Shown here piece by piece: positions 12,155-26,646 of a stretch of DNA of 64,000 bases (position 1 is its first letter; the number at the start of each line of letters is the position of its first letter). Made by a program: the position numbers and the translations under genes. The notes below the pieces were generated by a model. It ran no database searches. It saw only the letters and a list, made by a program, of their open reading frames with translations, and had not been told where the DNA came from. The DNA comes from the human T2T-CHM13v2.0 reference genome, Homo sapiens: NCBI RefSeq assembly GCF_009914755.1, contig NC_060933.1. One strand, written 5' to 3'.

Positions 12155-13230
12155 CTGGGTTGAAAACCAGCCGTGAGTGCCTGGCCAGGCCCACCCAAGG
12201 CTAGACGGGAGCGCCGCCCTTAAAGTGCCCTTGTTGTTCTGTAGTTCCCTCAAGGAGGGGAGGGGCCCGGGTGCTGGGCCTGCACCCCACATCTCTGTGC
12301 ATGCCAGGGTGTGATTCAGGTAGAAGGTTCTATGGCGATGGTGCAACAGAAGAGCCAGTACGTGTGGGAGGGAAGCCGCCCACAGCCCGCACCAGCCCAT
12401 CAGACACGCAGCGGCCGACTCGGGGCGGGCTCTGCAGACAGCGTGGGGCGGCACAGCGCAGTACTCCTGTGCTCAGGCCACACCCCGGGACCCCCATCCC
12501 CACCCCGGGACCCCCATCCCCGCCCCAGGCCTCTTTCTGTCTGTGCTCCTCCATCCTGGCCACAGCTCAAGGACAGATGAACTCTAGGTCAGAGGCACAG
12601 ACTATAGGAAGCTCTGGGGTCCAAGCCAGCCTCATCCAGGGCAGCGTGACCAGAGCTCACCCTTGCAGCTAATGAGACGGCCAGGGAGGCAGGACACAGC
12701 CACCGCACGGGCTGCTGGCACCTGTGGCCGCCAGGCCAGGAGGAAGGGCCAGGAGCAGCATGTCCCCGGAGGAAGCCCACCCATGCACGGCTGCCGGAGC
12801 CTGGTGCCAGCGCCCTGCTCTGCTAACCACGTCTAGGTGACTCTTTGCATGGGGAACTGCCTTTCTATGACTGAGTTCAGACACCCGCAGGGCAGGCGAG
12901 GGGGTCCGCTCAAAGGGGTGGAGGGACACGTTTCTCTCTGGCCGCTGACAAAAACTTCATTTACATTCTCAGCGTCATCCGTGCCTCCAGCCACGCACGT
13001 CAGTGCTGCCCTCACCCGCAGACAAGCGGAGCCCAGAAACCTGCTACCCTGGCTCCTAAATCCAAAGACCCTGGAGAGAGCGGTGGGGGCTCCTCCTTCC
13101 GGCCAGCACGAGCCACCACGGAGCCACAGGGGTGCAGCTCTCCAAGGCCCTGAGGACAGCAGGACATGTGTGGCCAGTGCCGAGTTAGGGCCCCGAGCCT
13201 GGCATGAGCGATGGGGGCCGGGACCCTTAC

Positions 13231-13299
13231 CTCCAGGTTAATGAAGACAGCTGCCATGTCCGCCGGGCTCAGCACCAGCCGCAGGGGGCTCATGTAGTT
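13231..13299 (-). CDS. VAV2: VAV2 exon 8 (69 bp, phase 0-0): [23 protein letters not shown]
   Basis: Acceptor ttctctcttccag|AAC; donor CTG GAG|gtaagg; in ORF 13012..13401. Confidence 0.97.
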
Positions 13300-15012
13300 C
13301 TGGAAGAGAGAAGTCCACCTCTGCCACCCTGCTGCTGTTGCCCACCCTCTCAAGGTCACAGCTGCCAGGGGAGGGTCCCAGGGCAGCTCCGAGGCAGGCA
13401 CTGGGGTGCTCCATGCTTACTGGGGTAGCCTGTGTTCTGGCCACATCGGGCTCCATTCTTTGGAGGTGAGTGCAGGGCAGGAAGGTGCGGGGGTAAAGAT
13501 TCTAACGCTCCCAGCGTGACGGGGGCAGAGTCCTGTGGTGGCCACTCACACACAGGGTGGACTTGGGCACTATGGCTGCCCTGAGGTGGGCGTTGGGGTT
13601 GTGGCTTGCGGTGAGGGGCTGAGACCCAGGAGGCAGGGCCATCACCCGTGGGGACTCTCTGGATGGACAGGGCCATGGTCCCCACCCAGCACTCAAACAC
13701 TGAGCTTGTGCTCCTGAGCATGACCCCAAAACTGTCATCAAAAGGGATGCTCTCCACCCCGAGGAGTGCCGGTGGTGGGGCAGGCTGTGGACGAGAGTCC
13801 TCCAGCTCCAGCCTCAGGCGGGATGTGAAGTGAACATGAGGACGTGTGAGGCTGCCGACCCTGCTCTGGAGGCCCGGCCACCCTCTCCTCTCCTGCTCCC
13901 CGAGTGGCTCCTGGTCAGGGCAGCCAGCCGCTCTGCAGGCATCCTCTGGGCCCAGCTGCTGCACCGCTCCTTGGTCACCACGTGGCACAGAGAGCATCGC
14001 CCAAGCAAACACGCCCGGGTGGCGGCCCCAGGCTGGGTGGAGACAGACCTCAGGAGCCCTCCTGCTTTCTGCAGCAGCATTTAGCCATGGAGGGATACAG
14101 AGGCCAGCAGGGCCCTGGCAGAGGCTGACCTCAGAGCCAGGATTCTCAGAAGCCAGGGCATGGGCAGGGCTTCGAGGGAACTGGAAGGACCTGGGCCAGG
14201 GTGTACAGATGTGCGTGCAGAAAGGCCGCTGGCCAAGGACCAGAGGGTGGGGCAGCAGGAGGGGGCCCGGCCGGAGCAAGGCCAGCCTGGGCCCAAGGGG
14301 GCAGCCCAGGTCTCCCGGCTGGAGGCATCACGGCCACCCTGGTTGGTTTTTCTCCCCAGTAAACACTGGCAGTTGGCAATGAAGACTCAGAAGTGCTAGG
14401 GAAATGTCCCAGGGCCAGGTTGACCAGGTGCCTACAGGAGGCCCAGGTGGGGTAGGGGAGGTGAAGGCTGATCCTCAGCACTCTAGGAGCTCAGCAGGCC
14501 AGCAGGAGAGAGGACTCAGATGCACAAGAGTGGAAGAGCTGGGCAAGGAGCTTGGAGTCTGCAGCTCTGGTCACTAGGCCGGGCCATGCCTTGTGCAGGA
14601 CACTCCCAGCCCCCCATGGAAGCTTTGTTCCATTTTACAGATGGGGAGGCTGAGTGTGGAGAGGCTGGGGAGCAGCTCTAGGTGGGGTGGGGGGAATACG
14701 CGAGGAGCTAGCTCAGTGCCTGCCTTAGAGCAATGTTCAGGAGCTGAAGCCGTAATCCCACCCCGATTAAGCTCAGAGGAGGAGCAGGGACAGGCGCAGG
14801 CCGGGACTTCAGGGGCTTCAGAGGAAAGGAGAGGGCACCCTCCTTTTGGGTAGGGGGTACCTGGAGGCAGAGCTGGGAGGGCCACCAAGTCTCCTTCGCC
14901 TGTCAGAGAGGCCCTATGGCCCTGCCTCCGGAATGCACTCCCAGGAGATAGGTGGCCCTGCAGTGACCACAGTGGCCGCTGCCATTTTCCAGTGGCCGCC
15001 ATCTGCCCTCAC

Positions 15013-15111
15013 CTTCTCAATGTCCTCCAGGGTGCGGTAGTACTTGGCCTCGGTCTCCTGGATCTCCAGCAGGCAGCAGTTCCTCTTGTCATCTTCAGTC
15101 ATGCCCATTTT
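15013..15111 (-). CDS. VAV2: VAV2 exon 7 (99 bp, phase 0-0): [33 protein letters not shown], start of DH domain
   Basis: Acceptor ctgactcccccttccctcctctag|AAA ATG; donor GAG AAG|gtgagg; ORF 14914..15108. Confidence 0.97.
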
Positions 15112-16163
15112 CTAGAGGAGGGAAGGGGGAGTCAGCAGGACCCCATGGGCCCGGCCACCTGCCACCTGCACATCTGCACCGCGACACCCGGACACCTCCA
15201 CAAAAGAGGACTCCTTGGGTTTGGCCACGAGGTCACTGAGTGTGCAGTGCTGCAGCCAGATGGGTGACAGAGAGGGCCAACCCCTTCCCATTCATTTTGC
15301 AGATGAAGAAACTGACGCACGGGGAGGGGATGTGACGTGGGGACAGTGCCAAGGAAGGCTTGGAGGCAGAGCCTTCTAGAATCCCAGGCTCCTACTCCTC
15401 TGATTCTGAATCTCGATTCTTCACCAGACTGGGGTGAGGGCCTCAGAAGCTACCCCCTCCAGCACAGGAGCAGGAGTGACTTGCTAAAACACCTACTGTG
15501 TGCATAAGTCCTCTCTACGTGGCAGACTGTGTGCTCGGCTCCATGCAGACCACATCCACCATTGCACATGTCAGTACAGCCACCTGCAGGCTGGACTCTT
15601 CCCCTGAGTGTCCACTGGTTTCTAGCCAGGGGGCCTGAGATGACCCCCCACCGCCAGCAGGGTCCCTGGAGCCTCCTCCAGAGCAGGGCCTGCCCCCACC
15701 TCTGGTGGAATGTGGCCGGGACAGGATTAGAGATTGCCTGGCCCATGGTCCAGGGTGAGGTGACAGGTGGGGTCACTGTGGGGCAGTGATGGATTTTCCC
15801 AACACTGTCTTTAAGGTTCTGTTAGGCTGGGTAAACCCCACCTGTCAGAAGGCTCTGGAGAAATGGTGCTGTGACCCACAGCGCTCGTGTCGGCCCTAAG
15901 ACCATCATCATCCTCCAAGAAATCCCCAAGGGTCCGCTTGGGTCTGCCAGGCTGCAGGTCTCTAAGGCAACGTGCAAGATGGGGCTGTGGGTACAGGACC
16001 ACGGGGGTGCCGAGGGTCTCTGATGCCTGAAGTCATGTGTGCCTGACCATGTCTTCCTGGGGGCAGGGTCCCGAGTTTTCTCAGAGAGGTCTGAGACCTC
16101 CCTGAAAGGTCAAGAAGACGGCGCAGGCAGGACGTCCCCAGCCTCCCCTTCCGGGCCACTCAC

Positions 16164-16178
16164 CTGCATGTATCTAAT
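16164..16178 (-). CDS. VAV2: VAV2 exon 6, 15-nt alternative microexon encoding IRYMQ (phase 0-0)
   Basis: Minus strand tgctaac...ttctttctccacgcttgcag|ATT AGA TAC ATG CAG|gtgagt; matches the IRYMQ segment of the long VAV2 isoform. Confidence 0.93.
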
Positions 16179-18086
16179 CTGCAAGCGTGGAGAAAGAACC
16201 AGAAACAGCGCCGGTTAGCAGGGCCCACACTGTCCTGGCAAGCTGGGCCTGGGACATCAGGAACGCCACCCCACAACCAGCCAACAGACCCAAAGCCACA
16301 TCACGGCCCCTCGTGCTGCCCAGCTGGGCAGGGCGATGGCTCATGGGCCAGAGCTCCCATAGCAGCCCCCTACCCAGGCTCAGGAAATGGCATCTGCCAT
16401 CCTCTGGCTTCTTCTTCCTTTGGGGAAGTCACCATCTCTATTACCTTCCACTGGGGCTGTTCAGAGAGCTCCAGACATGACAGGGAAGGACATGGAGCAG
16501 CTGTTTTATCTCAGAGGACCCTGGCAGGAAGCAGGAACTGCCCCTTGCCCCCAGCCCCTGCCTGGATGGACTGGACAGCTCGAGACCAGCGGGACCAGCG
16601 CTGGGCATGAGGACACTGTGCAGAGCGGGACATAGGCAGCGCTGTTCCCCAGCCTGGCAGGTTCTGTGGACACTCCATGTCCTTTCACATGCGTTTTCTC
16701 AAAGAGGTCTGAGACCTTCAGAACCAGGGACAGCAGCGGGCTCCAGGGAGCACCCACTCTCACCAGGCATGGATGGGGGTCTCGAGAAAGAGAGCCTGCA
16801 GGATCCAGGGCCAGGATCCCCCACACAACCTCACAGGCAACGCAGCCACCTGCTGAAGTTTACCTGCAGGACGCCCAGCTTTCAAACAACTTGGGGAGTG
16901 AACTGGCCTTGACCAGTCAGAGCTCATTCCCAAGTCCAGACGGCTCGCCGGCCGCCTCGGGACCTCTCAGGCCAGCTCCGGGGAGGCGAGGGGAGCCCCC
17001 AGCAGCAGGGCCATGGCTCAGTCTTCCAGCCCTAACAGCTACCCAGCCAGGCTCCCCGGGAAGGCAAACTGGAGGCCCTGCTGCCTCCACAAAGGGCCAC
17101 CATCCCTCGGGGGAGACCCCCCGGTTATGGCGGGGAACAAAACTCAGTCGAGACCCTTCGAGGACAAGCAGAGAAACCTGCTCTTAACAGTCAGTTTGGG
17201 GGCTGTGAGACCCCCAGCCCTGCACCTGCCTGTCTCTCCCAGCAGGATGCCAGCAGAGTGGGCAAGGCCTCTTTAGGGATTTGTTTCCCCAGCTTTCTGC
17301 TTCTCCACCACCAGCTGGTTACTCCCACACTAAAGGAAAACACTGAAATCAGCTTTCTGAGAAATTTCCTATTTCTTTGGGGGAAGCCAATGGCATCAAA
17401 AGCCTCCACGGTTGGCAAGTGGCATCTCACCCACTCTTGGGAGCCTGGGGGTCTGAGGGCCTGTGACCTGCCCTACCAGGTCCCTGTCTCCTCATTCCAG
17501 CTCCGCTGGATCCCCACCTTCCACATAGCAGCTGCTGGCAATAAACCCACGCGGAGCAAACTGGCGTCCGAGAGATTATTCGCCAGTGCCTGCTTGGAAA
17601 TAAACATCCTCCAAACATAAAAGACGCACAGCTGGCTAATTGGGCCAATATTGGTCTCATCATTCTCCACACAAAGGGGGAAAATGACGCGTGCTGTTAG
17701 ACCATGCGCCAAGTTACTATCTTAAGGCTCCCTGGGCAGGAACAACTGAGGGGCCTGCAAGCCCTTGGAAGGAGAATCCCATGGCAACACGGGCGGGGGT
17801 CATGACCGTGGTGGTGTCATCTCTGGGCACCTGAGAACATCTCCATAGAGAGGAAGGGCACAGAGTGGACCAGGAGTCAGCCAGGGTTTCCAAGGATGCT
17901 CCTCAGAGGAGCTCCGTGGGGACTGGGAAGGACCAAGGGGTGCACCTCTGGACGTCCCCCTGCACCCAGAGCAGCTCCCCTTCGGTGGCTCAGACATGGG
18001 GACAGCTCGGTATTGTGTTAAGCAAGGGCCAGGCTGCTCTGCGAGGGAAGGGAGGGGAAGGGAGGGAGGAGCGGGGCAGGGCTCAC

Positions 18087-18189
18087 CATGGGCTGCTGCA
18101 CCTCCACCTTGATGATGTCCTCGTAGATGTCGTCCCCTCCATCCTCACACGGGACGCAGTCGTAGATGTCCTCCCCCAGGTCATGCTCG
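18087..18189 (-). CDS. VAV2: VAV2 exon 5 (103 bp, phase 2-0): [34 protein letters not shown], contains Y159 and Y172
   Basis: Acceptor ctaacccgcctcctcctgtgcag|C GAG; donor CCC ATG|gtgagc; in ORF 18018..18425. Confidence 0.97.
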
Positions 18190-21100
18190 CTGCACAGGAG
18201 GAGGCGGGTTAGAGGGGAGGGGAGGCTCCCGCCACCCTGACCGGGGAGCCGCAGAGCACGAGGGTCCACGAGGGACGCAGGCGGCTGGGGCCACAGCGAG
18301 GTCACCTGCCCGGGCCTCAGTCTACAAAGTGGGGTGGGCCCCGCCTGCAGGGCGTCTGTGGGTGCGAACTGGGCAGCGTAAGGCGCATCCTCCAGTGCTC
18401 TGCCTGCTGCCTCCACTAGGTGCATTTCAGAGGGATCTGCCAGGACAAAGAACCCACTTCTCCAGCCCTTTGGTAAATGCTGGGGACGTAGGCCAGAGGT
18501 CCAGGGGCGGGACCCCTGCCTTCACCAGAATCTTCCCACCCCTACCTGACAGGAGCCCCCAGCTCCTGCCTCCAGAACAGAAGCCTCTCTCCCCTGGCCC
18601 AAGGCTGTGACCTGGAGACCTGAGTGCTTCCGGCTCAGCCCTGGCTCTTGCAGTCCTTGGATCCAAGGTGCAAAGTTTCCGGGTACATGGAGGGTGACCC
18701 GGAGTTTGTCATTTGCCTTCTGAAACCAGAGCCAAAGAAATTCCTACCAAAATCTAATACAATAAAGCTTTGTTTTAGCTCATGGTCCTACTCCAACAAG
18801 CCACCCCTCTGCCTGCAGGACTCAGCTCACGGGCCACCTCCTCCAAGACACCCACCAGGATCCCCACTTGGTCTGTGATCTGGACTCTTGCAGACGCTCG
18901 TGTACTCGATGCAGCTCCTTGGCTACATTTCCAGTGACTCTGTGAGTGGCAGCGGATGAGCCTGGCCCCTCCCCACACTGGGCTTCCTCAGCCCTCCTGA
19001 TGCTCCACACCTGACCTGCTGGGGCTCAGCAAGTCTTTCACTGAATCAGCAACTGAGCCAATCCAACCACCCCCTGTTCCCACAGGCCCCGTTGGGGGCT
19101 CACTGCACCTGGGGGTGGAGGGGCAGGAGCTACCCCAGGCCCAGACAGGTTGTGTATTCAGTCCTGCAAGCCCTCACCCCTGCACAAGGACACATCTCAC
19201 ATCCCGGGCTCAAAGTGGGTGGCAAAGTTCACTGCTAGAAGGACGGAAATAAATGCAGAGCACCCCCTTCCATGGCCAGCACGCAGGGAGGCGAGGCAGG
19301 GACAGAAGCCGGGGCAGGAGCAATCCCTGCGGTACTCAGGAACGGGTTCCCCAGCCACGCTGTGTGCCACGGCCTCATCCCAAACCTCGCCTTTGAATAT
19401 CAGCTGTCGCCTTTTAAGGCTTGGGTTGGGGAGGACCATTCAAGGTCTACTTGAGAGAGGGAGGGCCCGTGTGCATTCGAGGAAGGCCCTCAGCACCTTC
19501 CCTGGAGGACACGCTGCAATGCACAAGCCACACGGCGTCCGTCTGTGGGCAAAGCATCTGTGCCTCTCTAGAGGGGAAGCCGGGGGTGAGCCCAGCTCCT
19601 GCCTTGTGGAGCCTCCCGCAGGCAGGCGGGCAAAGGAGGCGGAGGAAGCTGTTGCTCCGGGTACTTCATTTTCTGCACCACTACAGTCGTGAGTGAGGTG
19701 GATGAAAGCCGGTCAGAGGAGCAAAGTTGGCAGAGGGCAGATGGCCCTGGGACAGACCAGACTGATCGAACCCTCCAACCAGCATTCAAAGAGCCACCGA
19801 CCCATGGGCAAGCCCCTCTGTGTGCCAGCGCCTGTAGAAAAACAGTTATTCTCTTGGGCCTCACAGAATCCTTGGCGGTAACAGCACTGTGGCCATTGTG
19901 CAGATTAAAACAAACAAACTGAGGTTAAACAGCCAGCAAGGGGCAGGGCTGTGGCCCTCGCTCACTATCCTCTCCTCTCTCCCCACCCGCCCTCCACCAT
20001 GAGAGGTCCATCTGGGTGTCGCTCAGCCGTGCGGGAGAACTGAAGCCGGGGTAAAGGCAGCCGTCAGACGGGTTGGGCCCACATTCTGGTGACAGAGGCT
20101 CCCCTGGGAACAGACATGAAGGCAGGAAGGGTGTTTGTGAGCTCACAGGTTTTCTTACTAACCCATCTCAAAGGTCCATCCCCAGCCAGGTCCGGCGACT
20201 GCCTTAGAAACTGCCACCAGCGATGACACAAATCACCTCCCCTGCCTCTCCAGATGCTGTCCCCAAGGACACAGCCCCCACCTCTCTGCCCGCCAGGCTA
20301 CCAGGGATGCAGGCAAGTGACTGCAGGGGTTGTTCTCAGCGGCTGCCAGCCACCCCACGTTTCCGTCACGTGGCAGAGCGAGGCTGGCGGCAAAGCCTCT
20401 GTCGAAAACTCTTGACAGCTGGAGGCGAGGCGAGACAGGGAAGCTTCCAGGCTGCTGAACGAGACAACTCGAGGGCAGATGAGGCCACTCAGACTGTCTA
20501 GAGACAGACGTCAGCTTTTCTCCAACAGGCCAGGTGGAAGGAGGGGGGTTGGCCGTTAAATGCTGCAAGAGCTGATGACATGGATCAAAAACGGCTGCAA
20601 GCCGGACCTGGACAGGGGCCTGGAGATCGTCCCGTGCAGGGATGGCAAACGGCCACACTGTGGGGTGTCCCAACAGAGCCCAGGGCTCTCCCCCACCACT
20701 CAGGAGCCTGTTCATAAAGGCCCCCATGCCGCCCCCATCACAGGTCGACCAGAACCGGTTGCTGACGACATGCAACGTCTTTCCTCTCCCCCAGGAGCCC
20801 CAGGCTTGTCACAGTGCAGATGGGAAAGCCCAGCCCGGGCTGCTGCAGGTCTCTCAGATGCCATGGACACACATCCTTCACTCGTGCCTCCCACCGCAGT
20901 GGCCTTGCACTGCCATTTACTGAGGACTCTACGACGTGCCCGGCTCTGACAAGGCCTGAACGTATTCCGGGAAATACAGGATACGATCCACTGATCCCGG
21001 GATGGAAGAGGCACGAGCTCCATCTGGAGCCCAAACATATTAAGGAGGGAGAGAATAGGGAAGGCTGGGATGGTCAGAGTCTTCCTGAACAGATGAGACT

Positions 21101-22459
21101 CGAAGGATGCTTTGAAGCCCGGGTGGACCTAGAAAAGGGGTGTGGAAGGCAGAGTCCCCCGCCCGCCTCCCTCTTCCCTGGCCCCATCTTGAAGACAGAA
21201 CTGTCACGCCCGGATCTAGGTACAAGTCCACGTCTGTGTAGCACCCGCTGCGTCTGAAGCTTGGTGAGAAATGCCAAGCATAGGGTTCTCATAATATTTT
21301 TGCTAAGCTTTTTAAGGATCAAAATACGCCCTTAGTGGTACCTTTCTGACAAGTGGCTACACCTGTGTCACTCATGCCCTCCCACACCATAGAGTATTTT
21401 CATCTCACCGGAGCTCCTGCCCTTCCCCATCAGTCTCCTTCCCGCCCCGAGCAACCACCCTTCTGACTGTTCTTCACCACAGACGAGCCTTGTCTGTAGA
21501 ATGTCAACGGTGTTGTGCGTTAGATTTGTTTTTGTGCCTGGCTTCTTCCCCTCAACATTGGATCTTGTTTGAGACACATCCATTCTGACTTGCCCACATT
21601 TGCAGCTCATTCCTGTTTACTGCTGAGTACTAATCCACGGCATGAACAACAACGTGCTACCCATCTTCCTTCTTTATGGACATTTGGGTTGCCTCCAAGT
21701 TGTTGCTTATTGTGAATAAAAGCTGCTATATGAGCATTCAAGTTGTGTGTGTGCGTGTGTATGCACGCACGCCTGTGTGGTGGGTGGGGGGTTACACAGG
21801 CTTTCTTTTCCTTTGGAAACAAAATTCCACTAGGACTGGAACTCCTGGTCAAAGGGGAGGTCTAGACTCAACCTCATAAGCAGCTGACAAATGCTTTTCT
21901 AAAGTGGGTGCATTCTACACCCCCAGCCAGCAGCGCTCACCAGCCCCAGCTGCGCCACATCCTCATCAGCTTCTGCTGTTGCCGGTCTTTTTCCATTCAG
22001 CCCCCAGAGTGCGTGTGGAGTGAAACAGAACTGTGGTTCTATTTGGCACTTTCCTGATGGCTAACGCTGCTGAGGGGTCTCCTGCGTCCTTACTGTATAC
22101 CTTCCTTTGTGAAGAGTCTGTTCAAGACTTTTGTCCATTTCTAAAAATTGGTTGTCTGTCTTCTTATTGAATTCGGTGAGTTCTTCACATATTCTGGATA
22201 CTAGTCAGATATGTTTTGTGATTCTTCCCCCAGTCTCTAGCTTGGCTATTCACTTTCTTAATGATATTCAAGCATTCACCTTTAATTTAATAAAGCCTAA
22301 TTTATCACCTTTCCTTAGTCGCATCCTGGCTCTGTCCTGTGTCCTAAGAAATCCTTGTGCCTTGTCTAAGAAATCTTTGCTGTCTTTCAATCACAATATA
22401 TTTTCTTATCGGAACTTCATAGTTTTAGCCACTCTGTTTAGGTCTCTGATTTCATCTCA

Positions 22460-22731
<272 letters not shown>

Positions 22732-23324
22732 CCTTACCATTGGATTGCTTGGATCTCTGTCAGAAACCAATTGACCAAATAAGGGTGAGTCTATTTTGGA
22801 ATAACTACTCTATTCCATCCATCTATTTGTCTATCTTTACACTAACACTTCTGTGTCTTGATACATTTCATAGAAACTCTTGAAATCACGTAATGTAAAT
22901 CTAGCTTTGTTCTTCTACAAGACTGATTAAGCCATTCCAAGGTCCTCTGCATCTCCATGTAAACTTTACAACCGTCTTGTCAATTTTTTTAAAAATGTCT
23001 GCTGGGATCATGGTAGACACTGCATTGAGTCTACAGTGTAATTTGGGGAGAACTGCCATCTTAACGATAACATCTTCCAATCCATAAACATAGTATATAC
23101 TTTATTTAAGTCTTCCTTAATTTCTCTCAGAAACATTTTGTAGTATTACGACAGAGGCTTTGGAATTTAGGAAGAATTGGGCCTTTTCTTTTTCAATGTT
23201 TATTCTGCTTCCTTCATTCTTCCTCTTCTGAGAGACTGCAATAATACCCGTGTTAGACGTCCTGACATCATCCCACACGTCTCAGGCTCTGTCCCTTCTT
23301 TCCAGGCTTCTTTCCTCCCTGTTA

Positions 23325-23675
<351 letters not shown>

Positions 23676-23845
23676 TCAAGCTGATCCAGCGAGTAGAGTG
23701 TTCATTTCAGATATCGTGCTTTTCAGTTTTAGCATTTCCATTTGCCACTTTTCAGTAGTTTCTATTTCCCTGCTGAGGCTCTTCATCCGCTCATTCATTT
23801 GTCGTACGTTTTCCTCTAAGTCCGTGACCGTATTTATAATAGCTG

Positions 23846-24700
<855 letters not shown>

Positions 24701-24831
24701 CCACTAATTGCAACATCTGGGTCATCTGAGGGTTGGCTTCTATTGACTCTTCTTTTCTGAGCATGACTCACTTTCTCCTGTTTCTTGCGTTTGGTGATTT
24801 CTTTCTTGGACCCGAGATGCTATGAACGATA

Positions 24832-25017
24832 CTCAGCCTCCCGAGTAGCTGGGATTACAGGCACTCACCATGATGCCCAGCTAATTGTTTTATTTTTCCT
24901 GGAGACGGGGTTTCACCATATTGGCCAGGCTGGTCTCGAACTCCTGGCCTCAAGCAATGTGCCTGCCTTGGCCTCCCAAAGTGCTGGGATTACAGGCATG
25001 AGCCACTGTGCCCAGCC
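24832..25017 (-). mobile_element. Partial Alu (most of right arm and tail missing)
   Basis: ctcagcctcccgagtagctgggattacagg...cccaaagtgctgggattacaggcatgagccactgtgcccagcc. Confidence 0.9.
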
Positions 25018-25151
25018 ACGCCTGTGTTGTTTTTCTTTCTTTAATCCATGACTACGAGGAACATTCCTTCACACGGGCTCATTCTTCATGCACCACTTCC
25101 CATTAACCTCTTGTCATTCGCCCGGGGCACCGAGGTTAAAAGTGAGCAACC

Positions 25152-25453
<302 letters not shown>

Positions 25454-26291
25454 CTAGAGGAGAAGCTGTGTTTGGGAATCTGTCTCTGGGACAGAATCAT
25501 CTTAAACACGCAGACAACATCCCTTCTCTCCCTTCCATCCAATGTCAGTTATCCGAGCCTGTTGATACTGGGGGGGCGGAATCTGGGGTCACCCGGTTCT
25601 GCCTGCCACACCCTTAGGCTCCCTTCCTACCGGGCCCTCCTTGTGGAGCCCAGAGCACTGACCATCAGCCTGGCCACACGGATGGCACTTTTCATTCGTC
25701 CAAAGCGCTCTCCCAACCATCTGGATTCTGGTCAATGAACACTGGGAGAGATGGGTTCCTCTGTGTCATTTGAAATTCTAAAACAGTGGAACTGAAATTT
25801 CATGACACACATATTCTAAATGATGAGAGAGGGAGAAATAAAGGGAACGGTAAAGAAGTGGTTTTTCAAAAAATAAAATTAAATTAGGAAAATAAAATCA
25901 AACGTATTTGATAAAACAATGTTAATAATATAAACTTAGTAATTAAGATAAAAACCTACCAGATGTAATGGGTTTAACCAGTATTTCTCCTATGACCGAT
26001 TCTGCATCAGAAATATGTTGGGTCCTTGGGACACAGGGGACAATGGCCATCTGTCCCAATGACCTCACAGTCCAAGTGGGGAGACTGACTAGGCAGCAGC
26101 TGCATCTGAATCCTGGCACCAGGAAATCTCCCAGGTACGGAACAGATCCTAGAGGCAGACACTACTGTGGTGTCACTTGGGGAAACAAGCTCTGCTCCCT
26201 AATAGCTCCTTTCCTTTGGCCATCACCGACGTGGAAATGCCACTGCTACCTGGCTTCTTGGCAAAGATGCCATCTCCATAAACAAGTTTCT

Positions 26292-26646
<355 letters not shown>

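Noticed and set aside
13356-14279. 307-aa minus-strand ORF in intron 7 (also 31101..31955, 39006..39755, 62453..63256)
   Set aside because: P/G/R/A-rich composition expected from GC-rich non-coding DNA; no recognisable domain; several start at non-ATG codons
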